Shown here: positions 36,956-49,900 of the stretch, one piece after another | Layout of the letters: every line of letters starts with the position of its first letter | Position numbering within the stretch: position 1 is the first letter of the stretch | Assembly: GCA_036172245.1 (NCBI GenBank) | Contig: JAYWIR010000070.1 | Span: forward strand, 62,001 to 126,000 | Source of the DNA: Raillietiella orientalis | Lineage: Eukaryota | Direction: 5' to 3' | DNA length: 64,000 nt | Notes under the pieces: model-generated | What the model was told of the DNA's origin: nothing | The model's database searches: none | What the model saw: only the letters and a program-made list of their open reading frames with translations | Program-made: the position numbers and the translations under genes

Positions 36956-39049
36956 TTTGTTTTTTCAATTTTTTCTAAAATGATCTTATAATTCCTGCAA
37001 AAAATAGTAAGCCATTTCAAATTACCATAAACTGTATTTCATAACAATCCACTTTTATAATCAAGGGAACCTTTATGCACAAACTAGTGATACATTAATT
37101 TATGCATGATGATATATAAGGATCTACAATGAGAATAACATTTTGGATATTTTTCATTCAGCTGGTACTAATTACTTCTTGGAATTTACTTTAAACCTAA
37201 ATACTTATCGTTAACCAATTTGGTTTATATTTGAAAATTGCTTGTAGTTACTAATTTCACATAAAAAGTTCAATTCATTCTTTAACTATGTTTATTATTT
37301 CTTTCAAAATAACTTAATTTAAAAATATAAGATTCACAAAAACAAAATGAATTGCATTACTTTTAACCTAAACACTGTAAAAGTATAGTACAAAATGAGT
37401 ATAATTATTCTGTATGCAATTTCAACTACATTCAAACCAAGTGTGAAACTGATGCGATCTCAATATTTTGAAAAAAGCATGTTTTGCCTATTTTTTTAAC
37501 TCTAGACTTATTCCAATATCTAGCTCTTTTGCTACAATTTGAAGTTTGAAGATTTGGCCTGAACTGAAATATCACAGCATATTAAAACGAACAGCACAGA
37601 CAAAATTTTTGCAATATATACAGCAAAGTCTTATATTATAATACACAACTATTATAATACCAATGGATTACAAAAAGTGAATCTCTAAACAGCACTAGGC
37701 TGCAAATATTTGAAAAAACAGAAAGCAGAATCAATACTCCCAAAATAATGAAGTTAAATCAATTCAATGACTTTAGCTATCATAAGTGATTTGTTTCAGA
37801 AGAAATAAATGCATATCATGAATTTATTTGTTTATGGGAATGAACACACAGATCATTGTACAAATGAAAGTGATCAGAATATGCTTCCAACTGTAGGCAA
37901 AGAAAAGCTTTAGAAAACTGGAACACATAAAACCAAATCCTAGCCAAAACAGTGCTTACAAAGGAGTGTCTCTAGAATTTTGATCAAAACAACACAACTT
38001 GCTAATCTGCCATCTTACTGAATGCCATTATGACAACCAGCACCATATATGGATTTTGACCATAATCATGAGCTTCAAAAATGTTGATTTTTCAATTGAT
38101 ATGTGTCAAATGCATTACTTTGGAAAGACCATAAATGACAACTGAATAAGTGTTTACTGATATTTTTGGATATACATTATCACCTTTGGAATAAATTCCC
38201 AATGTAATAAAACTAATATCAAGCTACTATATTTTTAAATTCCGGGATTTAATACTCGATTTGTATTGGTTTGGCAAGAATAGCTCCTAAACAAACACTG
38301 CCTCAAATATAGTTTCTCTTTCTTTATAACACCTTCATAAAGCAGTTTGACACTCCCAGAGAATTCACATGAATCATAATTAACCAGGGCCTTGCATTTT
38401 TATACACATCTGTAGTTAAATTCATTCAATCACATGAATTAATCAACTATTAAATGGTATGCATGATTATTTTTGGCTAAACAATGGCTACTTTTGGCAA
38501 AATTTTCAGATGAATGCTTCTGGTGCCATCCTTATTTAATTTCTTGCATGACTTAATGTGCTTGAAAATGACATTTGGAGTCTGTTGCATTCATTCTTGA
38601 ATTATTTTTAAATAGCTTAGGAAATTTAGGTTCACGATCGCTTCAGTGCTATTAGAATTTACACACCTAAACCATCTTATATCCCACTCTTCTCCAAAAG
38701 CAATTAACAATCTCTGTGGAGTGTGTCTGATTGTTTTATTTAGCTTTTAATATTTTTTTCACCCAAGTAGATTTATGCACTTCTCCCAAAACAGTAAAAA
38801 AACATGAATAGGGAGCATAGGTCCGAAATATGGGAAAAATTAACGAAAGGATTACACGTGTATTTATTGTTCTTTGCCATATTATTATATTTATTCAAGA
38901 AATAATATAAAACAAATGAAGTCCGCAAATCGGATGACTGCTTTTCTACCAAGCAATACAGATTGCAGATTTCAATATTAACAAAACCTCATTATGCTTA
39001 CTTTTATTGTATGCTGGGCTCTGAAAGTACCAACATTACTCGAGTTTCT

Positions 39050-39500
39050 AGCATTATGCAAGTACTGTACCCACAGGTCAAAACTGCGCACTTATTTCAA
39101 TGCACGCATATTTTGTGAAACACATAAACCAAAATGCGGTGGGCAATTAAATGTACGCATCTGCATTTTGATCAAAACGATTATTGCATGCCTTTGGATT
39201 TTTTACACTTTTCAAAAATCGTCGAAACGGCGCACGGTGTGCTCAGTTTGCACCAAGTTGAACGCAATATCAAATCGCTAACTCACGTCTGAACATCGAT
39301 TTCACTAAGGTGAAAAAAACGGGAGACAGTCATACTTATCATCCTGAATTACTCCTAGGAAATAAGGAGGCATAACTTCCAGTTCACACAATACAGTCTT
39401 AAATACACCAACAAAGCAAAATCATTCCAGCACTTTAACCTAGCAGGAATCATCCATCACGCACACGTCTGGCGTTCGCGACAGGCAGCAAGATGGTTCA
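39050..39500. promoter_or_regulatory. CpG-containing patch, probable promoter/5' exon of the CCHC-RGG gene
   Basis: CpGs reappear after a CpG-poor stretch; minus-strand GTATGA donor near 39335 and TTTTTTGCAG acceptor near 36995. Confidence 0.3.
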
Positions 39501-42500
39501 GCCCTACAATGCACGTGCAGCATCCTAAGATGTGAATTTTCAGGCAATGTTCGAAATTGAGTGCTAAGCACATTTTAGTTTGTTAAAATAAAAATACGTG
39601 TAATTTAAAAAAAAACAAATCGCTGTTTTGATACTGAAAATTGCTGAAAAAAACATAAAACTATTTCCACAGCTTTCTTTTGAAAAATAATAATTAGCAT
39701 TTAAATAAACGCACGGTCGAAATAAATAACTATTTGATAAATGAAATTAAAATTAAGCACTTAAACTTCTCTGTCGCTCTTTTAGTTAGAAGAGAATCTG
39801 AATTCATTTTTCAAAGGAAGTCGTGTGTTTTCTTAAGGTATCGGTCATTTGTGCATCTCTCTTAACACAATTTCAAGAACCCTCAGTATAGACAAAAAGA
39901 AAAACATGAAGCAGAGAAGCTTTTTTTGTTAAATAAAATGCACGATGCATTAAAATCAACTAACTAGGACGTATATTGTCATGCCAAAATATGAAGTTAT
40001 CATTTCCACTCATAATCAGGTATTCACATTAGTACTCAAGACTCCAAGTCTCACGTCTGAAATCATGCTTTGGGATAAATTTTCATAGAGATAAGTAAAC
40101 AGCATGCAATAATTTTTAGATGCATTATTGTAGAGCGAAACTTCATATTTTGAATTAGAATATTTCATTTGAATTAGCTTTTTGAAATTTCTAATACCAA
40201 GGGATCACATACTTCTTAATGGAAGCATCAGCAACTCAGATCTGGAATTTCTCAATCACTTGAAACTTTTCTTTGGATTCATTCTATAAATTTTCTCTGA
40301 TCTAACTTTTCAATTCAGTTTGCCCATTTTTTTTTTACTCAGTAGAGTTGAGATTTTAAATATTCTAGGACAAACTGGACTATACAAAAATCCATATTAT
40401 TGTAATCTCCATAGGTTATTGAAAAGAACGAAAAAAAGAAAAAAAAAATGAAACCATAGAGAGTGCTGAACATTAAATATTGAAAACTGACTAATATTCA
40501 ATGGCTGTTTCCAATGTAAGCAGCTTGAATACTGCTTTAATTTTTTCCTCCCACTACCAGAATTGAAATGATTGCGAACATAGTATTTTTATTTTATTTT
40601 TTTCTGACACTGCAAAACATCTGTAGTTAAATTAGTAGTTTCCTCCCATGCATTTATTTAAGAGCACGTGCGATTGATATTTTTTAGCTGTACTTTCGAT
40701 AAATAAAATTTTGTTACTTACGTTCATTTTTTCCTGCTTCTAGATATTAATCGAAGGATTTGCATTTCAAGACTATGCAATACAACTATGACAACTTATT
40801 TTTATATATAAACGATCTATCATTTGTATCCTTTTTAACACTGCTTACATCAACAAAAATAAGTAAGACTTTTGCAATATTAAAGTGCAACAGTTAATAA
40901 AAAATGTTTGAAATTTTTTAAACTCCTCTCCATGTGCTCTCAATTAGAGTACATGCATTTGGAATAGAATCAAATTCTAAAATATAAATAAAATAGGCTG
41001 TTCCCTTTTCTCTGGATTTGTAGAGCTGACCGAGATGGTACATATTTCGTTAATCTGAAAAGAATCACATTCAGAATTGGACCATGACTGTATCGTTGAA
41101 GCAGCCATTTCGAGACTTTCTCAAACATTCATATGTAATATCTGACTGTTCGCCTACCAACTTCACTCCTCTCTCTATTGTCATGAATACGGACCAATGT
41201 ACATTCTTAGAAAGAAAAATCAAATTAGTTGAAAAAATCAACTACAGGTAGTGAAGTACGATTTATCGAACTCAGTATTTAACTTCAGAGTCACACCACT
41301 TTATAATTTATTTCCTAAATTAAATAGCGATTTTATGTGTCGAGAATTTGGGAAATAGTCGAATGAAGTCTAGGAAGATTAGAGAGAGTCCGAGGTCTAA
41401 GGAAATTAATTTGAGAAAACTAGAGTGAGATCAACGAAAAATAGTAACACCAATAAAGTGTTGGGTGGATGTTTAGTGAGGTCTCAAGAGTGAGGGTTGG
41501 AAACTTTCAAAAGTCGAAAAGCTTCTTCCAAGTGTGTAGAGGGAGAAAAAGGTGGGGATGCAACGAGATTAATAAAGAATACCTGACTAGCCTACCGTCA
41601 GTGACCTATTTTCGAAGAACATGTTCAATAGTATTCAGTACTAAGGGTAAGGCATTATTCTTCAGTGTGTTGTCAGGAAAAATCGTGAGCTCCAGAAAAA
41701 AGAGTTATTCATAAATGCGAGTTTATTGATCAGCAGCTCATTCTGCCATTTATCTTCAGTTAAATGAAGTAGAATTTTCTACTCCCCCTTTACTGTTAAG
41801 ATGCAAAACTCAAGATGCTTTAAAAATGTTAAATCACTACTAAAAGAATACATGAGAGCGAAAAAGTATAGATGACAACAGAATATGGACAAAAAAGGGA
41901 AAACCAGTTTTGTGCACTGGACCCAATAGTAGATTCTGAAAGCCAGAGAAGGTTGTGGTTTTTGTCCCATACCTTACACAGAACCAAGCATTCAACACTT
42001 AATCTGCAAGAAGTTAGTCTCCCTGACAGCTTATCACGGTCGCTAAGTATAGCTCCGACATAAGTGTACCCCCATGCAATCAAATTAGTAGAGGAGTCTT
42101 CTGAATGTTCTGCATTTCTCAGTCGCTAGGCAGGAATCCAAAATAAATAAAATGAAGGATCGGGAAATACCCGGACACAAGCATGGAAGCGAGATTCCAT
42201 GTTTGCCATCAGGACATACACTGAGACGCCGTGTTTATGTGAAAGGTGAAACCAAATGTAAAAAAATGCAGTGAGTGCTCTAAATGACTAACTGCTGAAC
42301 GAGAGGTACTTGCGAATAGGCGCAAATGTCAAAGAATTTGCTGAAATCGACTCATAATCCTTGGAGACTGGGAATTCAAACAGTCACCGCAGTAGAGAAA
42401 GAAAATGTGATAAAGTGTCCACAAGAAGCTTTTCAATTCCAATATTTCAGACTGTTTTGAATAAGGCTTAAAATCCAATCTGCACATTCTGCACGCACAA

Positions 42501-45500
42501 AACACTGAACTGTCTTCTCGGTGTTTCTTTATTGCTCTGCTGAAGAGTTCTGTCTTTGCTTGCTCACTCAGAGGGGTGATGGTTGTGATCCTAGATGCCT
42601 TGCTTTACATCTGTGGCAAATTTCATTTTGGCATTTCTTGGAAGCCTACAGTTCATATACTGACTTTCAGCTCACAGACCACTTGGTTATTCTTAGCTTT
42701 GCCATTGCTGCGTTCTACGCACCATCGTTTCGTAGGCCACCACCATAACTCTGCAAGGGAGGAAGCTAACCCTTTCAAAAATTGGTTGAGAAAGGGAGAT
42801 GAGTCTTTCCTGGGATCCGGGATCTGAGGACAAGTTCGCCTGTTCGTAGCCATATTTGCAGTATCTGAAGAGGCAAATCTCTTGCAGGGGACGAACCAGG
42901 AATGCAAGGAGGCTCTCCCTCCACTCTTGCGGACACTCCATTCTGTCTCTGGGCCTTCAAAGGCTGTTCCAAGAAGACAGCATTCTAAAATGTTCAGGGC
43001 ATGGGAAGGAATGCCTTTGCTGCATTAGGTATATGCCAAGTGGTCCTTTGGTACAGAGTGCCTGAGAGAGCCACAGTTTCTGCTCTTAGTCCATTTCCAG
43101 CATTTCCCTCTTGAAATCTTCCTCCTTTTTGCTTTTCCCATCTGTCCTTCTCCGTAATTTTTTTTCATTTACGCTTGCGTTTTTATAGATAAGGTAGCTC
43201 CCTTCCTCCATATCTCTTTTGTATAAGAAGGAGAGAAGAGTGTTTGGAAGTTGCATGCCAGAAGCAGAAGAAAAATCTGCCATTTGTCGATTCCAGAGTT
43301 TTGGGAGTGCTCAGAGCTTCCATTCGAGATGTCATGGCGCTCTCCAGTTCTTCCATGAAACTCTCTTGAGGAGAAGAGAGTTTCCTAGAGAAACTGCCCG
43401 GAAGAGGACAGAACTAACAGCACGTCCGTAAAGCAGCCAATGCCTCTCGCTAAAGGTTTCAGAAAACTCAAAAGTCGTGCCAGAAAACTGGCACGACTTT
43501 GGACGGAAAGCATGAGCAGATGATCATCTTTCATTCGAGAACCTTTGGTTTGCTTAGAGCTGGGCAATTTTCCGTGCGTTCCCTCTCTGGCACGAAAGAA
43601 ACTATACTTTGATCTTAGCCAAAAGGCCGAGAAGCTGAAAAAAACGAGACTTCCCCGACATCCGTGAAAAGGAGAGAGAAAGGGAGCAAGGCAGACAAAC
43701 ACGAGCCCTGTCCATCTCGCGTCCTCTCTCTCTCTTCGTAACTGCGTAGGACTGCCTGCCCCACCCTTGCATCCTAGCCGTGGATAGAGCATCCTTGTAG
43801 ATTGTTTCCAGGGTACTCCGATGCTGTATCCAGATATCGCTTGGCTGTCTCGCGTGCGCCTGCGCTCTCCGATGTGCTCTCCCACGAGGCAGACGCTGCC
43901 TCTGCAACTGTTCCCGGTACCAACAGCTGCTAGAACTCGGTCCCTACCCGTCTTCCGCTCAGCTCCTCAGGGCCACGGATTCCTCTCTCATTTCCGGAGT
44001 GAGAGATGGAAAAAGGTGGGGTTCCTCCGAAGCTGTTCCTTCCCCTTCCCACTTTGCGTCTTCCCCCCAAAACTGACCCTCTCCCATGTCCTTGCTGGTT
44101 GTCTCTGAGCACGCTGTGATCGCGATATTTCAAGAAGCAAAGAGCTTCTAAAGGTAGATCATAGATGGAGTTCGTTTGTCGAAAATAAAAGTCCGGAGTC
44201 CTTATTTAAAAAAAAAACTAATACAAACAATCAGAATAGGGGTCGAGTTCCCCGAGTTCGAACCTTAGAAGCATGAAGAGGGGTACTGTCCGACGGCAAT
44301 GGGTCTGAGGGAAGAGGTCTTGAGAGACAAAGGGTAGAGGACACTGCATGAACAAACATGAAGAAATAATTGGGAAGGAAGGAGAAGGATCACCGGACTC
44401 AATTCTTTCTCGTACTCAGTCCTTGAAGGGCACCGCCGGTAACCCCCCTCACCTCTAGGGTCAGGATTACGTCACTTTCTTTCAGAACCGTGATAGCTGG
44501 GAGGATGACATCGCCCACTGCCGGTGGCACTGGTGCGGCCCCGTTGCTAGAACGAGACTTCTCGGGTTCCCTGGCCTCAGAACAAATGGAGGCGACCTCT
44601 GCTTCAGGGACCTTGGCGAGAATCCATCTGGGACGAAGAGATGTCGTACCTGAGAGCACTGCCATCGTCGTCCAGGTGAGATAGGGCTCTTGCTACGCGC
44701 TCTCTCCATGGACAAGGACCAAGACTCCCTCAACAGTGAGGTCGCACTCTGGCTACTCGTCACCTGGGAAGCAGGGATGATGGTGTCTTTGAGCGCGAGG
44801 CGCCGGTGCACGAAGAGCTCAGTCGTCCATTTCCCTACAAGCAAAGGTTGAGAGGAGCTGTTCGCACACGCACCGCGACTCTTTATTCCCGCTCCCACAG
44901 GGTGCTGCATATCGTGGGTCTCCTTTCTGAGGGAAGGAGGCTCCTTGGATCATTTTGTTTGGATCCTCAGAAACACGCATCGGAGGCGATGACGGACAGG
45001 ACTTCAGGGCCAACGAGACGGACGTGCGCGCCCAGATGTCGACCACGCCTCCTGCGGTACGTGAATCGAAATTCGGAGGGGTGCGGAAGCCCTGGGAAGC
45101 TCAGGAATGGAAGAGAGTGCTCCTCTCTGCCTGCCTGGAAAAAGACGTCAACCCTCTCACGGAAAACTGGGGGGGGGGCAGCCAAAGAAGTGGCGTCGAG
45201 GAGTAGCTGAGAAGCAACTAACCTTCCCCTTCCGGAGGAGTTGTTTTTGAACCTTCAGAGAGACTCTCCCTTCCTCGATTCGCCATCCCGCTTTCCTCAT
45301 CTCTCGCCCTCCATCCAGTTCGTTTGCTCTCCTTGCCACTCCCTCGCCTAGAACCTTTCCCTATTCGCTCTGGACTCGCCCTTTTTTCTCCCCCGCCTCC
45401 CATCTCGTTTCTGATTCCGGACTCCTCAACCAAACTCCAGAAGACAGCAACCCCCCCCCCCCCTTCCTCGTCCCTGAAGCGCGCTCAGCCCCCTCCCACC

Positions 45501-46932
45501 GCGCTTTCTTTGTGATTATCCGTGGCTTCTGATCCCCTGCAAAGCAACCCCGAGAGACCATTACTGCGAATGACACCGAAAACGAGAGTCGATTCCTCCA
45601 CCTCTTTCTCTGGAAAAGGAAAAAGGGGACTCCTGGATGCTCAGGGTTTGCGTTTACCCCCTCCCTTCCCTAGTCTCTTCCTTGTCAGGCATCCGTACCA
45701 CGTTCCCTCCGTTCCCTCCTCGGAGGAGGGACAGGGCTGGCACGTTTCCCAGGAGGGAACAAAGGAGGGAAAAGACGAGTTCTTCCTGGCCGGGAACTTG
45801 TGCCTTTCCGCACGCTTCTTCCCCCCTGGAGTCGACGAACGTGCGAGAAGGAATCAACCAAGAGGCGGAGCAGGAGGGTAGAGGGGATGGTAGGGGAGCA
45901 GAAAAGCGTCCCTCTTTCCCCTTCCCCTCCCAGAGTATCTTCCTCTTCTGACTAAGAGATATCGCCCCTGGACACACTGCCGCTGGCGCGCGCAAGGCTG
46001 TCCAACTCGTCCCCCACCGTGGTCAGTTGCCGCAGGGAATTCACGGGGCGCCCACCTCTCCTCCTCAGCTGGAGATGCCTTCCCTGCGGGCGTCTCTGCA
46101 TGCAACTTCGGGAAAAGAGGCCACATGACGTTGCTAGCCGTGCTAGAGGGAAGGAGGCGAGTCGGAACGGGGGTCATCCTCTCACGTGCGTCCCCAGAGA
46201 CTCTCTAGAGCGCGCCTCCTCTAGCGACGAAAAGGGAAAGCTCAGAAAGCAGGATGCGTCATCTGTTGGTGGTCCGTCCGATCAAACTCAGGCTCACCTC
46301 ACGATCGCCAGTTCCCCCTTTGTCCATCGATGCCTCCACCCTCGTACATTGCGACCGGATACTCCGCGCGCTACTCTCCTTCTTCCGGACATTCTCTGCG
46401 TGCCGCCTTCTGGTCTAACCTTCGTGCTCCATGGGCACGGCTTGATCGCTCCCTCTCCACAACCTGAGGCGCTGAGAATCTCCTCTTGGAGCCGCGGCTA
46501 CCGCCACGGTCGCTTCTCTCTCCATGTTCTTCAATCCACCATCTCAACATGACCAAGAGTAGACTTTCCTCAGGAGAGACATTCCCATGATCAGGGCCTC
46601 CCGCGTCCACAGCTGCTTATCTTCAGAGTCCCCATCAAGTAAAAGGTTTATGAAGAGCTCGGCGAGTCTCATCAGGTATGCAAACTGCTCCATAAAATGA
46701 TGCTCCTCCTCTCCCTCCCTCTCTCCGCCTTGCTCCTCCTTTTCATGAACTTCTCCTCCCCCTTTCTCCTCCCTTCCACCTCGCTCTTTCTCCTTTCCTT
46801 TTTTTTTGGTCTCAGGAACGTTTCAATGAGCATTGAGAACTTCGTGCTCAGCGCAGGGATGCAGACATGAGGAAGCCGTCCGCCACCATCCGTTCTCTTT
46901 GCTGCCTCATCTTGCCTGGGATCCTGATGCAG

Positions 46933-49900
46933 AGTCAGCGGCTGCAACAGTCGCAGCAGCAGGGTAAGTGGAGAACTCTGGCGAATGATGCTTCCCCCTA
47001 CCTCCCCCTTCCGAGAGTTTTGCTCCGGGATAGGAGAGGGGGAGAGCGATGATAATCCCGTCAACTTCCCCGAGCCTCCTCCTCCCTCCCGAAGTCTGGA
47101 ACGCGCGTATCCTCTCTCGGAAAGTTACAGGAACTTCCCTTTGTCCGGTTTCCCCTCACTTTTTGTTTCCCGAGTGCCCCAATGCGGTCCCTATGCCGTA
47201 CCCTCATCTCGCTAGAGTCACCCCAAAGATCCGACCCTGCTCCTCTGGCCGGCTGCTGTTGCTGCACTTCTGCCTGCCCAGGAGCTGTCGGCCAGCTCCA
47301 GGCCGGATGAACGCGTGATCTATAGAGCTGGAGCATTCACTCTCCCTCTAAGCGCCGCTTCTGAAGGGTCTCAGCCAGAGGGACTGCGATGGCGAGAGCC
47401 GTGGGGATGCACTAGACCCTCTCGCCAGATGCCTTGGTAGAGAAGTCGGTTGTAGAGATCCGGAAGGAAATCTCAGGGACTTCGAGAGCCAAGAGGAGAT
47501 GCCAGAGGGAGGGAGAATGAGCAGTTAGGGGTTGATTCAGTCGGTATCCCAACTGTGAGGGAGCCTCCAGTTGGGGTTGTGAGTATTCCGAGAGCATCTC
47601 GCTGCTAAGGAAGCCTTGAACTATCTTTCTTAAACTTGAGGGAGGAAGAATAGGTTCCTAGATCCAAGGTCTCTCCCAAGGACTAGGGTTCCTTCCCAGA
47701 GAACGCGAGGGAGGTCTCAAGGAGAAAGGCAGAAGGACATAGGTCACGCTGATGCTTTATAGGTCTCTAAGCATGCCTTGCGGTGAGGATTGAGACCTCG
47801 TCACGGACCCGAGAGTGCGGGTGGCCAGGGGTGGTGTGACTGGGACATCTCTCATTCAAGCGGCGGAGGAGAGTCCAGGAACCCATTAAGAGAGGTAGTC
47901 GGTGTCTCCATCCTCTTCCGAGGTGGCCGCTATCAGCAAGAGACAGCACCAAGAGGCGGCCTTTCGCGGTTACGCTGGAACCGAGAAGGCGCCAAGGGAG
48001 GTCACTCCGCTCTCCCAACCCTTCCCTCTTCCTTTTGCCGGTGTTGGCCATCGCCGGATATCCTTGCCTCTCCCTTGCCTGCTCGCCGGCTTCCTGTCCC
48101 GCCTATCCCGAGCAGCCTTCAGCTCCGTGGCAAGAGCTCCCGCGTTGATTCACCAGTGGACCCATCCACGAGGGAGTCATCCGCAAAATGAGTGTGTCCT
48201 AGCTATTCGGAGGGTGTATGGTATCCTGGGTCAACGGGGGGTCTTCATCGAACCGCAACGACTGCTCGAGACTCACTCTACCTACATCCTATCCGTGCTC
48301 GACCTGAAACGTGTCCTGGAGGCAAATCCACAGGAACTCTATGGACCAACTAGTGGTGGTGATTGCACAGAGACCAACGGGTCAAAAAACATAAGAGACG
48401 CTCGGAGTGATGAACGTGGGAGAGCAGGAAGACTGAAGGAAAGACCAAAGGTCTTTGCCCTTTTGCTTACGTCATCAACCCGCGACAGTTGCAGCCACGC
48501 ACTGTGTGTATGTGTTTTTGATGTTTCCTGAGGTCACCGCAGGCAATCACTCCAAGACGTTCCTGCCTTTGAAACTTTTTCGGATGCGCAGGGATGATCA
48601 CGGAAGCGTTAAATCTATCAAGGCGGGAAAAAGGAAAAAATCCTCAAGATCACCCACGCATCCGGTTCGTACTCTTCTTTCCTTGGGGGACCGATAAGCT
48701 GCCAACAACCCTACGGAAGTCCATTTTCCTTCTTTCTTCCTCCTCTTTACGTTGCCGGCAGGTGGTTTTTAGCGTGTACTGCTGCTTTCGCGCCCGGAGC
48801 AGAAGTCGCACATCTCCACTCTCGAGGAACGGGCAAGAGGGGGAAAGGAAGGAAGATCGCCCGCATCCGCTTTCTCGGAGATTTCTGGCGTTAGGGTTGC
48901 CACGCACAGGTGACTTTGTCCACAACACCGCCCTCGGGAGTGCAGAAGCGAGAGATCTCGAGAGTGTCTTTCGTCCGTGGACAGTCCTCAAGGAGTCCTT
49001 GAGGCGTGGGGATGAGGAGACGACAGTGCCTGTTCCCCGCCTAACTGGAGACTCCATGAGAGCAGCCGGAGGCCCCAAGATCTCCAGCCCTCCTTCATAG
49101 GGCGGAGCAAAGATCAGCATCTCCAGGGACGCCTACTCACATTACGATGGCTCTCCAGGCTGAAGAACAGGCCCCATCTCCATGGAGCTCGAAATGAGGC
49201 TAAGTGAGAAAACGGGTGCCGATGCCTAGGACGATGTCCTTTTCGTATGCAACCTCCGGCGAGCCTTCCCATCTGAGTGGAGCCAGAATAGAAGAAAGCG
49301 AGAGTTGACGAAGCGCAGAATAGGCAGCCTGCCGGCTCCTGCGCACCTGAATTTTCCGTCCCATCTGCGAGCAGGAAGAGTACTCGGGGCGTGGCAGCGT
49401 TGGCGGGAATGACAAGCAAAAGAAATCACCAGTGCGGACGTTCCGTCTTAACCCCTCCGACAAGCTGGAAAATTCAGAACTGAGCAGCGGGCCTTCTCTC
49501 TCAGGAGCCTCTGAAGACGGGAACCGCGGTCCAGTTAGGGTAGCGCTCGGAGGAAGATACCGGCGACGACCCGGATGTCAGCGATTGCGAAGGACAGCTC
49601 AAGCCACGCCGACGGTCGATTAAATGCCGCTCGCTGAACGTACGCTGCGCTTCCGATCCGCCCTGCCTCCGGGCGTTCGCTCGTCGAAATTCCCATCTCC
49701 TCCCATCCCTCTTTTCTCCCATAATGCAGGTTGAATCCTCTAGGTGGGCTGTTCTCGATAGCGAGGCTCTCTTCCTCGCTATGCCAAGGAAGGAACCAGA
49801 TGGTAGGCACCTGCCTCATGTTCAGGAGGTGCAGAAGGGAGGTCGGCTCGCCCATAGGCTCTTGTGCCATTGGTTTGGGAGTGTGCTGTGCGGGTAAACC

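Noticed and set aside
44239..44270. tRNA or SINE B-box GAGTTCGAACC
   Set aside because: No A-box or cloverleaf; only a short local hairpin.
46867..46963. MRKPSATIRSLCCLILPGIL as the signal-peptide exon of the CUB gene
   Set aside because: Splicing its donor to 49730 in that frame gives GGT TGA (stop); the alternative frame fits.
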